Source: Octopus bimaculoides
Taxonomy: Eukaryota
Direction: 5' to 3'
DNA length: 39,920 nucleotides
NCBI RefSeq assembly: GCF_001194135.2
Contig: NC_068984.1
Span: 87,512,468-87,552,387, forward strand
Within the stretch, counting starts at the first letter, position 1. The number at the start of each line of letters is the position of its first letter. A program made the position numbers and the translations under genes. The notes beneath the pieces were generated by a model. The model made no database searches, was not told the origin of the DNA, and saw only the letters and a list, made by a program, of their open reading frames with translations. Below, piece by piece: positions 1 to 11,800 of the stretch.

Positions 1-60
1 ATATATATACACACACATATACAAATACACACACACACACACACATATACATATACAAGT

Positions 61-97
<37 letters not shown>

Positions 98-100
98 ATC
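1..100. repeat. (CA)/(TA) microsatellite
   Basis: Seen directly. Confidence 0.95.
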
Positions 101-600
101 TGGATAACATCCTTATAGTGTGCTTTCCAAAGCTCTTCTCTGTGTATTGGCTACCAAATGCTATGATACAGTATATACAGGGTACATTGGGTAAATTGTT
201 GCCATTTTATATTTTTAATTTTGTGCATGCGCATTGTTTTTGATTTTGTCTACACAGTATAGTAGGGTTAGTTGGGCACTATCTGTGAGAAAACCAGTAC
301 ATTGACGTGATTCACTCTGCCAGAAATTTGGAAACAACATGCTGTACTGCTTGGCATTCACGTGAAAGTTCCAATACAAACATTTTAGAGTGTTTGAGTA
401 TTTATGGGAGCAACTGTCTTCGAAGATTCATATTGTTGTTGAATGCTCGAAATGAGAAGTAGATAGACAGCTGACAACTGATGAAGGGTCGTTCTTTGTG
501 TTACTTGTTCTGTTTTCCATTTTTTCTCTCATTGTTTGTGTATTTAACTCATTTGTTTTTATACTTCATGTTGTCTACTGTTGGCGACGTCCTGTACCCA

Positions 601-619
601 TATATGCATTATGCATATG

Positions 620-670
<51 letters not shown>

Positions 671-695
671 TATATATTATTTATATTATGATATA
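601..695. repeat. (TA)/(TG)n microsatellite
   Basis: Seen directly; abuts the Tc1 left end. Confidence 0.95.
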
Positions 696-1905
696 CAGGG
701 GTTGGACACCTTAAAATTTCAAACAAATTTATTTTAATATGGGGTAGGACCGCCTTTGGCAGTAATTACAGCTTCAATTCTACGAGGTATGGACTTGTAC
801 AAAGTTTGAATTGTTTCCAAAGCTAAGACAGTCTCCAGTTCTTGTAGTGATGATGGTGGAGGATATCGACTCCTTACTTGTTTTTCTAAGATGCACCATA
901 AATGTTCAATAATATTGAGATCTGAGGACTGTGGTAGCCAGATAAGATGTTCAACTTCACTAGAATGTTCCTCGTGCCATTCAGTAACCACTTTAGCTGC
1001 ATGAATTGGTGCATTATCATTCTGAAAGATTGCATTTCCCTCCAGAAACAGTTCCGCAACCATAGGATGAATTTGATCAGATAAAATGCTTAAATAGTCT
1101 TGACTATTAATTCTGTCACGAAGGGAAACCATTGGGTCGGCAGATTTCCAAGATCCCCCTCCAGTTGGAAGAAGGCAGTCTGGGTCAAATGCTTCTTTTG
1201 GCTGTCTCCACATGTATATTCAGCCAGTGGTTGGAAATAAGGTAAAGGATGACTCGTCTGAGAGAATAACATTCTTCCACTGCTCTAGGGAACAATTCTG
1301 TAGGTTTTTACTCCACTCTAAATGCTTTGCAACATTTGTTTTTGGGAGTAGTGGTTTTCTGATTTCAGCCTTCCTGTGAAATATGTCTTTGTGCAGCTCC
1401 CAGCAAACAGTTTTTGTGGAAACTGGGCTCTCAAGGTGGTCATTAAGCTCTGCAGTAATTTTGGGAGCTGTACTTTTGTGATCCTTTCTAATAAATCGCA
1501 TAAGAGTCAGACAGTCTCTATTTGAAAGTTTTGGTTTTCTTCCGGAGTTTTATTTCGATGAGGAGGTTTTTCACTCTTTCTCAAAGGCTGTCATTACTTT
1601 CAAGACAGTACTTCTTGATACACCAAACATTTTGGCTATTTTCTTTATGCTAGCGCCTGCCATACAAGCACCAATAATTTAACCTCTGTGAAAGCCTGAT
1701 AAATCTGTCATTTTAATGAATTGTAATTACCTTTTTCTGGTGATATCTGAAAAGAAACAGCAATTTTAGCAAAATATATTAAGCAACACTAATAATAAAT
1801 AAAAAAACATAAATGTAATGTAAACAAGCTTTTGACAGTTTTATAGATATTTCAAAATTATGATGCTATGATACTAGGTAATTCTATTATTTTGTCCAAC
1901 CCATG
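696..1905 (-). mobile_element. Tc1-family DNA transposon, defective
   Basis: TIRs CAGGGGTTGGACA (696-708) and TGTCCAACCCATG (1893-1905) match at 12/13; TA at 694-695 and 1906-1907; internal transposase remnants. Confidence 0.92.
734..1711 (-). pseudogene. Tc1 DD34E transposase pseudogene
   Basis: N-terminus MTDLSGFHRG*IIGA...MFGVSRSTV; catalytic motifs ILSDESSF, FQNDNAPIH and SDLNIIEHLW; internal stops and a frameshift near 1213-1220. Confidence 0.92.
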
Positions 1906-1939
1906 TATATATGTATATATGTGTGTGTGTGTGTGTGGG

Positions 1940-3090
1940 TTCTTTTATGTGCCTCCGGATCGAGGGCCAGTCAGGCGGTTCTGGCAACGACCACGCTCAA
2001 GAAGCGTTTTTACGTGCTACCTGCATGGGAGCCAGTCCGGCGGCACTGGCAATGACCACGCTCAAATATTGTTTTTCATGTACCACCAGCACATGTGCCA
2101 GTAAAGCGACGCTGGCAGTGATCATGCTTAAATGGTGCTTTACACGTATCATCGGCATGGGAGCCAATCCATGGCCCTGACAACGATCACGCTCAGATGT
2201 GCTTTTAACGTTCCACTGGCACGAGTGCCAATCATGCAGTATTGTCATCGACTATGTCAGCGATTTTGATTTGTTTGCACTTGCCTCAATAGGTCTTTGC
2301 AAGCAAAGTTCATTGTCCAATGAATAACTGGTACTCATAAGTGGGCCGGTTACATCCCTCGTTCAGATGTGCTTTTAATGTTCCACTGGCATGAGTGCCA
2401 ATCAGGCTGCACTGTCATTGGCCACGTCTGAAATTTTGATTTCACTTGCCTCAATGTCTTCACAAACAAGGATTATTGTCTAATGAATGAGGAGGTATTC
2501 ATGAATGGGCTGGTTACATCTAGTGGTTTGCGTCATGAACTATGGTCTCACTCGGCTTGTCGGGTCTTCTCAAGCACTGCATATCTCCAAAGGTCTCGGT
2601 CACTAGTCATTGCCTTGGTAAGGTCTAATGTTTGAAGGTCGTGCTTTACTACCTCATCCCAGGTTTTCCTGGGTCTACCTCTTCCACAGGTTCCCTCAAC
2701 TGCTAGGGTGTGACACTTCTTCACACAGCTGTCCTCATTCATTTGCAACACATGACCATAGCAGCACAGTTGTCTCTCTTGCACACCACATCTGATGCTT
2801 CTTAAATCCTACTTTTCTGTCAGGGCGCTTACACTCTGTCGTGTATACTCACGGACATTACACATCCAGCAGAGCATACTGGCTTCATTCCTTGCAAGCT
2901 TACGCATGTCCTCAGCAGTCACAGCCCATGTTTAACTGCCATGTAGCATGGCAGTTCACACACATGCGTCATACCATCTACCTTTTACTCTGAGCGAGAG
3001 GCCCTTTGTCACCAGCAAAGGTAGGAGCTCTCTTAACTTTGCCCAGGCTATTCTTATTCTAGCAGCTACACTGTTTGCAATACACCATCG
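1940..3090 (-). mobile_element. RTE-clade LINE, 5'-truncated (ORF2 C-terminus plus repetitive 3' UTR)
   Basis: AARIRIAWAKLRELLPLLVTKGLSLRVKGRWYDACV and YGHVLQM...GRGRPRKTWDEVVKHDL...DRDLWRYAVLEKTR; UTR holds ~65-bp and ~170-bp tandem units. Confidence 0.9.
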
Positions 3091-3429
3091 TTGGGTCTTC
3101 TCAATCACAGCGTATCTCCAAAGGTCCCGGTTTCCTGTCATTGCTCTGTGAGATGGAGAATAATGTTTAAATTCACAACAATAACAAGTAAACTGTTTTT
3201 CTGTAAGATTAGATAGTCAAGTTTTTGTAGACGTAATGGGTTGCACAGCATCTGTCTGTTTGTATAGAAAATTTAGTTAGCCGATGTGAAATGTTTTTAC
3301 TTTGACAAACTATAGCAAAAGCTCTTTCCTAAATAATCTTTAATTCTTCTTCTGAAAGCAATTTAGAATACTGGAAAACAGACATTGCAAAGCCATTTCA
3401 TTTTCAAACATTTTTGGAGGAATCAGATT

Positions 3430-3780
3430 GTATTCACATTCAGGTAAAGCTTGTATTCTGGCAACAAAATCATTGCAATCTTCTTCAGATTTCTGATTTA
3501 ATTTTGTAAAACAGTAACGTGCTGTGTACACATTTTTAGCAGACCCTCAAAGTTCATTCAGTAAACCAAACACTTTAGTTAATGTGGCAGATTCCATAAT
3601 TCTCAAGGCATCGAAGTGTCTTTGTCCTTCTTCCCTAAGAAATTAGCGTAGTAACTTTATTTTGTGACATTCTGATACATTAATGGTTGGTTGTAGTATC
3701 AGAAGTAGTTCTAAATAATCCAAAAATGAACGTTTCCAGCGATTTCATATAGCAGGGGATGGTTTGTTTGAAGTAGTACT
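3430..3780 (-). pseudogene. Gypsy-type LTR retrotransposon gag remnant
   Basis: One frame with 3 stops: PAI*NRWKRSFLDYLE...KIKLLR*FLREEGQRHFDAL...NEL*GSAKNVYTARYCFTKLNQKSEEDCNDFVARIQALPECEY, a typical Gypsy gag pattern. Confidence 0.7.
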
Positions 3781-4019
3781 CCACAGTTGTGTGGGTAAAT
3801 GCAGCATAACACACATGTCTATACTTGTCGCCAGTTAATAAGTACCAGTCCTGTTCCAGTATTATGTAATTCAGGTCTACGCACGCTGTAGATAAGACTA
3901 GCTTAAAAAAAACATTTATTTGCAAAAATATTTACAGCAGGTTTTGTACATAGGAAAAGAACCAATCAGAATTTACCATCATACACACACACATACTTGA
4001 TAGACTGAATGACACATAA

Positions 4020-4318
4020 CATTATTGAGCAATCTTTCGTAGTGGTGTCTCCAAACCTCTTTCTTTGCAGCCTTGTTTAGTGCAAGCGTACCATCATCCA
4101 TGCGAACACATTTCTCTCCTACGACATCACGATTCTCTCTCACACACTGTCTTGCAACACGAAATACCTCAAGTCTTTGGTCCTCACGGCGCAGAATATT
4201 GGCAAATTTTTTCTTATCTACTCCCCCTCTGGCTAAATAAACCTGTCGCCTAGCTTCCCTTCTAGCAGTCTGATACAATTCCCTGCTACCACCGTTCTTC
4301 CAGTCCTTCCAAGCCTGT
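4020..4318 (-). mobile_element. RTE LINE ORF2 internal fragment (between endonuclease and RT)
   Basis: YQTARREARRQVYLARG...VFRVARQCVRENRDVVGEKCVRMDDG...WRHHYERLLN. Confidence 0.85.
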
Positions 4319-4326
4319 TTCTTTTG

Positions 4327-4455
4327 TATACATGTATGAATATGTATATATATTTATATGTGTATATGTGTGTATATATATAAATGTATGTATATACATG
4401 CATGTATGTGTGTATATATATGTATAAATGCATGTATATATGTGTATGTGTGTAC
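4327..4455. repeat. TA/TG compound microsatellite
   Basis: Seen directly. Confidence 0.93.
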
Positions 4456-5379
4456 AGCAGACAATGGGTGTCGTGAGATTATGACATTTATACTTATACA
4501 ACATATAGAATAAAACAAATACATAAAAGTGTATATACAGCAGGATGTCAGTAAAAGTTTTGACTATGAAAGTTCTTAATAGTTGTGATGTAAACTGATT
4601 GACACCAGAATAAGGTAGAAAGGAAGTCTATATTGTTGATATGACATAGTTTGGTAGATAGATGCATATGGAAATAAGAGAAAAAAAAGTATGCTGCTCA
4701 ACTTTTACAGCTGTTTCAAAAATGGTTGTGTAATTGATGCAGTTCTCTGCATGTTACCTTCATCTAATTTTTTTTTTTTTGTGGTAGTCTATTTCATCTT
4801 CAGAAACATGGAAAGATGGATATTAAAATGAATGAATAAATATCATACTTAATACATAATATCAAAAGTATCAAGATTTTATACATGAAGTAATGTATTT
4901 AGATTTATAAAGCCAGTACAAGTTAATTTGTATTGGTTACCATTGGATTTGTGGTCTTTCAGTCCCTGCTTAACCCCATAGGATATGGAAAAAAAAAAGA
5001 AATAGTTTGTAAAAAATTTCTTTGGAAGATTACTTGTGTCATGGCAAATAACTTGTGTTGAGAAAACAAGAGTTAAATGAGAAGGTAAAATTGACGTTGC
5101 TGGGAAAAAATCATGTTTGTTTTAAGTTGAAGGTGAAAAATTGTAATTACAAGAGATTAATTTCTATTAAGAGGGAGGACACATAATAACTGAAGAAGGA
5201 GAAGATAAGGAAAAAAATAAAGTAGGTGAATGTTGATGAGTGGAAAGCTGAAAAAGAGCAAAGAAATCTACGGTGAAGTAATATCAGATATGTGTGCATG
5301 CATGTGGTTCTTATCAGAGGTGAAAGTGAGTAATTTTTAAAGTATTTGCTATTCCAAATAGATTTTATATGGTTTTAAA

Positions 5380-7480
5380 TAGAGCTCTTGGTTATGAAGT
5401 TTTTTGAAGATTTTCCTTTTCTCTGTTGTGCACAGGTTACACCTGTTTTAGTTTTATAGGGTTTGGATCTTTCTAAGATTTTCTATTTGAACCTGTTATT
5501 CTGAAGTTCTTTCTTTGAGTTTAATGGTAATGTAGTTAGCCAGTTTTGTAGTCTTTCTTATGTGTGGTGCCTATAGCTAAGTTTAAGGTGGTGTCTATTT
5601 AAAAGTTTTCTAAGTGCTCTGGAGGGAAATATTTGTCTATAGAGTTAAGAAATTTCTTGTGATATTTGATTTTATAGTAAGTGTAAAGTTTGATTTTATA
5701 TTCATGGTGCTGGGGTTGATTTGAGCAGATAATTGTCTCTTTTTCATCTACTATCTTTTAAGGTTTTACTGTAGTTGGAGCTGCCTCATTGAATATTCAC
5801 AGACAGTCTGGAGACCCTTTTGCTAACGTTGTAAATGAAAAGCATGAAAACTATGATGGTGTTGTGGTGGCATGATCCTATATCATTATGAGACTTTGAT
5901 TTACTGAAAGTTTTATTTAAGCTAGTTGTTAAATCTTGTGAGACAAATGTGTTGGCACTCCGTCGCTTACGGCGTCGAGGGTTCCAGTTGATCCGATCAA
6001 CGGAATAGCCTGCTCGTGAAATTAACGTGCAAGTGGCTGAGCACTCCACAGACACGTGTACCCTTAACGTAGTTCTCGGGGATATTCAACGTGACACAGT
6101 GTGACAAGGCTGACCCTTTGAATTACAGGCACAACAGAAACAGGAAGTAAGAGTGAGAGAAAGTTGTGGTGAAAGAGTACAGCAGGGTTCGCCACCAACC
6201 CCTGCTGGAGCCTTGTGGAGCTTTAGGTGTTTTCGCTCAATAAACACTCACAACGCCTGGTCTGAGAATCGAAACCGCAATCCTATGATCGCGAGTCCGC
6301 TGCCCTAACCACTGGGCCATTGCGTCTCCCTTGTGAGACAATAAAGGAGTCAACAGTAGTTATTAATAGTTATTTTAAGTCTGAAAGTGCTAAAATTGTT
6401 AATAATGCTGTCATTTGTCTAAAATGTAGCAATTAATGCTTCTTGGTAAGACTAACCCATGGTCCATGTAATGGGCAAAGTCTACGATGATGAATTTCTT
6501 AGCAAGTATATCTAAGATGTTTAACCATACAATATAGCCTATATCTCGCTATATAGCCCCATGTTTACATCAAAGAAACTCGTTCTTTCAAGCAGTAAAA
6601 TTTTACTTAGCATGTATTATTATATCAATATTTACATTTATTTATTAGTAGTACTTTGCACAACCTTAGTAAGGTTTGGGATATGGAGGAGGTAAAAATT
6701 GGCAGTGTTGAACTGACAAAAATCTGTAGGTGTGCTTTTTGTCGATAGTCTTGAATCAGCAAAATGATGCATTACTATTAATCCATTTGTATAGGCTTGT
6801 GGCCTTTCTTAATTTTATTTTATGCTTTTTGGTATCTCTTTATTAATTTGTCTTATCATGGAAATTTAGCTTGGTTGATTAATCTGCACTTCAGATTAGC
6901 TGCAAAGCTTTCTTGATGATCCATTATGGTTATAAATGCCCGAAGTTTAGCTAAAACCTCCAAGCTATTGTCTAGTCTTTAGTTTTGTTTTGTTTTATTT
7001 ACTGTGTTTTGTTTCATTACAACTATATGTTCATGTTTGATTTTATGTAGTTTTGGGTGATGTTATTGTTAAGTAGCTATAAGTACAGTTTCTTATCCTT
7101 CATGTAGGTTTCTACTTTTGAATGGAAAGATTAATGCTTTATTGAAGTGCTAAATTTGTTTTACGTTGTGTTTGTGCTTGGTTTGAAGAGCATTATTATA
7201 CTAATAGAATCTAATCTTCATTTATAGATCTTGGGAGTCACTTTTAAAGTGTCTTAGAGGCCTTGGTTGTCAGAGAGTAGTTTTGTATCTTAATCCCATA
7301 ACTGTATGATAGCATGTCACCTAAGTCAGTCAAAAAAGACTGTCTTCCAGTGCATTGCACTTCACTAAGTCCTTGGGTTTATTCTGGTAGTTTTCTCATG
7401 TAAAGTTTATTTGAAAGCAACTAGTTTTGGTAGAGTAGTCTAAGTGGTATAAATTTATACCCTTTAATGTTGCTTTTTGA
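5380..7480 (-). mobile_element. Decayed Penelope-like element (RT plus partial GIY-YIG), interrupted by a SINE
   Basis: Co-linear remnants: LDYSTK...MHWKTVFF (~7450-7340), AFITIMDHQESFAANLKCRLINQAK (~6950-6875), CQFNTANFY/SISQTLL (~6720-6670), FFDVNMG...YMDHGL (~6580-6455), SCHHNTII...SKRVSRLS (~5880-5800), IDKYFPPEH...LSY (~5640-5570), KILERSKP...RCNLCTTEK (~5490-5420). Confidence 0.8.
5947..6329 (-). mobile_element. Young tRNA-derived SINE (Nin-domain-like by recall) with 12-bp TSD
   Basis: Perfect TSD CTTGTGAGACAA at 5935-5946 and 6330-6341; on the - strand A box TGGCCCAGTGG and B box GGTTTCGATTC; CpG retained. Confidence 0.9.
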
Positions 7481-8390
7481 ATATTAAGTACTCAACTATA
7501 TCTCAACGCTTCACACAATATGTGCGTTGTAGCTATATATCACAGGTCATTGAAATGGTGTTCAGATATAATATGCATGCTGTGATCCATGGTGAAATGA
7601 TTTGATGATATATATTACTCATTTTCATGCATTTTCTACTTCTCTGCTGTACACAAGTCACATCATTTACTTCCCATCTTGTAGGATTTGGATCTTTCTT
7701 GGATTCAACATTTGGCACTGTATTATGAAATGTTTTCTTTCAATTTTCACATGATGTGGTTAGCCAATTTTTTTTATTGTAATTCTTATCTGTGTACTTA
7801 AAGGGGGGCATTGGTAATGTTTATGTATTACCTCAAGGTTGAGCTCTGCTTTATAAATTATTGCTTCTGTGTTGAAGGATTTATCTAGTCACCTTATATT
7901 TGGGTTTCTGCATGAATATATATTTTCTCTTTTGTTGGTGAATGTATGCATTATATTTTTCATGTTTGTTATGCTTTAATGATTTTATGGTTGTGTCTGT
8001 GAAGAAGTTTTCTATGTTAGCATTCATGAAGGATGTACTTGTGTCTATTAGAGTTAGGAAGGCTCTTATTATATTAGATTTTACATTGGTGAAATAGGGT
8101 ATGTAAACAATATGATAATAGGAAACCTTTTTTATTTAGGGGATGAGGAGTCATATGAGCTGGTAGTTTTCTGTTTGAATAGTAATTTTTGAAGTATAGT
8201 TAAACAAATATGTATGTGTGTAAAAATATTTTAAATATATTTTTATGAACTATAGATTTATTGTATTCATAATCTCTGATTTATTATATCTGTAATATTT
8301 TATTTTTTCTAATATTATTTAACATATAAAATGCATTTCAGTGGTATTACAATTTTTTTTTACTACTCAAGCATTCTGTCTTTTATTTTC

Positions 8391-8580
8391 CTCTTGTTTC
8401 AGTCATTAGACTGGTCATTCCTTGAGAGGAATTTTAGTCAAGCTAATTGACCCCAGTACTTTCTTTTTAAGCCTGGTACTTATTCTATCAGTCTCTTTCT
8501 GAACCACCAAGTTATGGGCACATAAACACACCAACACCAGTTGTCAAGTGTTGGTGGAGAACAAACACAGGCACAAAGAC

Positions 8581-8611
<31 letters not shown>

Positions 8612-8770
8612 ACAGGCTCCTTTCAGTTTCTGTCTGCCAAATCCACCCGCAAAGCTTTAGTGAGCCTGAGGCTAGAGCAGGAGACACTTGCCCAGAGTAC
8701 CACACAGTAGGCCTGAACCTGGAATCATTGGGTTGGGAAGCAAACTTCTTACCACACCTGCTGCACCTAT
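8391..8770 (-). mobile_element. tRNA-derived SINE with internal (CA)n
   Basis: Reverse-orientation relative of the copy at 32763-33102 (shared GGGCAAGTGTC, GTGGATTTGG.AGAC.GAAACTGAA and GTGTTGGTGTGTTTA blocks). Confidence 0.85.
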
Positions 8771-8822
8771 GTAAATTTTTCTTTTTTAAAATTTTCATTA
8801 TTGATTTTTATTTATTTTCCAG

Positions 8823-8885
8823 ATTTCTGCTCATGCTTGGTTTTGGTCTCTAGCTTTTCACACTAGAGATACTGCTTTCACAGAG
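8823..8885 (+). CDS. PGAP3: PGAP3 exon (63 bp, phase 0/0): ISAHAWFWSLAFHTRDTAFTE
   Basis: Pyrimidine tract and AG at 8821-8822; GAG|GTATT donor; contains the SxxxH motif. Confidence 0.95.
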
Positions 8886-11800
8886 GTATTTATTTTCTTT
8901 ACAAGATATTTTCATTTGGAATTCTTTATATTATTAATCTGATTATTGCCATCATAAATACACCCCCTCCCCACACACACACACATGCCTATTATGTTTG
9001 TTTTTATGTCATGTTCTTTATAAAATCAATTTAACATGGATTACTCAATTCTTTTTAGTAAAGTATGTGTTTATTCAACTTTTACAAGGTTGACAGTGAC
9101 TTCAAAGTTTCAGCTTACTCACCTTTCTTAAACTGTGTGAATATATAAGAAGACAAAGAATTGATATAGCACAACTTTATTATTAGTTACAATTGTTTCT
9201 GTACTACTCCATTTCTAACCACATTGCACATAATTAATTCCATGTGAAAGGTGAGCAATTTGTATGATTGATTGTATTGGAATGGCACTTTGACAGCTTG
9301 GCATTAAGTCATGCATTTGTTTTTCATTGTGTGACAGACATGTATTTCGTGTTGCTTACATTTGGAGGAAACATTACAGTGATTACAAAAATATAATGAT
9401 GGTGAAAGTGATATTCATTGCTGTGATAGAAAAAATGCTTTGTGACACTTCTTCCAGCATTATGTTTTGAGTTCAAATTCTGCCGTGGTCAACTTTTGTC
9501 TTTCATCCTTCCAGGTCCACCAGCCCCCTTCCAACATTATTATTTGGCAGAATTGTTAGCACATTGGGCGAAATGCTTTGCAATATTTTGTTCTGGCTCT
9601 TTATGTTCTGCGTTCTAATTCCACTAAGGTTGACTTTGCCTTTCATCCTTTCGGGGTCGATAAATTAAGTATCAGTGAAACACTGTGGTCAATGTAATCG
9701 ACTCACCCGCTCCCTCAAAATTGCTGCCCTTGTGGCATAATTTGAAACCATTATTATTATTATTAAGGTGGTGATCTGGCAGAATTGTTAACACACCGGG
9801 CAAAATGCTTGGCTATATTTTGTTTGTCTTCATGTTCTGAATTCAAATGCTGCTAGGGTCGACTTTGCCTTTCATCCTTTTGGGGGTCGATAAATTAAGT
9901 ACCATTTATGCACTGGGGTTGATATAATTGACTGGTCCCCTCCCCCAAAATTTCAGGCCTTGTGCCTATAGTAGGAAGGATTATTATTATTATTATTATT
10001 ATTATTATTNNNNNNNNNNNNNNNNNNNNNNNNNNNNNNNNNNNNNNNNNNNNNNNNNNNNNNNNNNNNNNNNNNNNNNNNNNNNNNNNNNNNNNNNNNN
10101 NNNNNNNNNNNNNNNNNNNNNNNNNNNNNNNNNNNNNNNNNNNNNNNNNNNNNNNNNNNNNNNNNNNNNNNNNNNNNNNNNNNNNNNNNNNNNNNNNNNN
10201 NNNNNNNNNNNNNNNNNNNNNNNNNNNNNNNNNNNNNNNNNNNNNNNNNGGATCGTAGGACGACCTACTGGGCTTACCTTGGATCGTAGGGTGACCTGCT
10301 GTGCTTGAGAAGACCTATTGAGTCAAGTACATGAACATCAAAATAAAAATCAAATGGAAATTGTAGTTGTGATACCCGTGCCAGTGGCACATAAAAAGTA
10401 CCATCCGAACATGGCTGATGCCACCTTGACTGGCTTCCATGCTGGTGGCACGTAAAAAGCACTAACCGATCGTGGCTGCTGCCAGCCTCTTCTGGCCCCT
10501 GTGCCGGTGGCATGTATAAAGCACCCACTACACTCACGGAGTGGTTGGCATTAGGAAGGGCATCCAGCTGTAGAAACACTGCCAGATCAGACTGGAGCCT
10601 GGTGCAGCCTCCTGGCTTCCCAGACCTCAGTCAAACCGTTCAACCCATGCTAGCATGGAAAACGGATGTTAAACGATGATGTGGTGATCTGGCTGAATTG
10701 TTAGCATGCCAGGTGAAATGCTTAGCAGTATTTTGTCTGTCTTTATGTTCTGAGTCCAAATTCTGCCAAGGTTGACTTTGCCTTTCATCCTTTCAGGGTC
10801 AATAAATTAAGTACCAGTGAAACACTGTGGTTGATGTAATAAACTAGTCCCCTCCCACAAAATTTCAGGTTTTGTTCCTTTAGTAGAAAGGATTATCATT
10901 ATTATTACCAGTATGACCGGGACCTTGCCCTCTTCTTTCCTTATCACCTTTGCTTAGTGCAGTTACTATTTTATCTTCTCTTTCCTGTTCTTATTCTCAT
11001 TCTTTATTTGTTTCTATTTTGTTTTATTATTCTTAGTTAATTACTATTATTAATATTGTAATTATTTTTATCATCATGACCTGTAATACTTATAAATTCA
11101 TCACTACATATTATATTTGTGATTTATTACTGACCAGTCTATTAGCAGTGTCTCATCAATGCCGTTTGTACCCCTAGAATAGCATTTTCATTATTAGAGG
11201 TAGTATGATTGTTAGGGTTTGGCAGAATCATTAGCACGCTGGGCGAAGTGCTTAGTGGTATTTCGTCTGCCACTACGTCCAGAGTTCAAATCCTGCCGAG
11301 GTCGACTTTGCCTTTCATCCTTTCAGGATCAATAAATTAAGTACCAGTCAAGTAGTGGGGTCGATGTAACCAACCATCCCCCCTCAAATTCTAGGCATTG
11401 TGCCTTTTGTAGAAAGGATTATTGTTGTTATTATTATTATTATTATTATTATTTTGTTTTTCATAAGTGTCATTATTATTTTTGTATGCTCAACCATTGA
11501 CATGTTAATTCAAGGGCATGTTCAGTTGATCAAATAACTGCATCTTCATTACACTGTATAACATGATTTCTGTCCTTGGGTAGCAACTGTTTTTCCTATT
11601 TGCTTACTTCTAGAAAGTATGAAAAATGGCTAATATTTTCTTCCAACTTTGCTTTTGTTATTCAAATCCCTCTCAACACATGGCTATGATGCTCCCCACT
11701 ACTCCTGCTCATGATTAGAGGTGCACATATTGTCAGCCAATAAGGGACGTACTCAAGTGGTTAAGGTCAAGTAGCTGACAAGCAAATCTGTGGTATTGAG

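Noticed and set aside
440-500. CGAAA ... CTGATGA in type II hammerhead order
   Set aside because: Flanking helices do not pair convincingly. It may be a decayed repeat end but is not supportable as a ribozyme.
6260-6329. tRNA-like sequence on the - strand
   Set aside because: It is the head of a TSD-flanked SINE, not a tRNA gene.
1-8822. Search for upstream PGAP3 exons (the QEPAS and GKWPF regions)
   Set aside because: No matching translation was found; these exons probably lie before the window.
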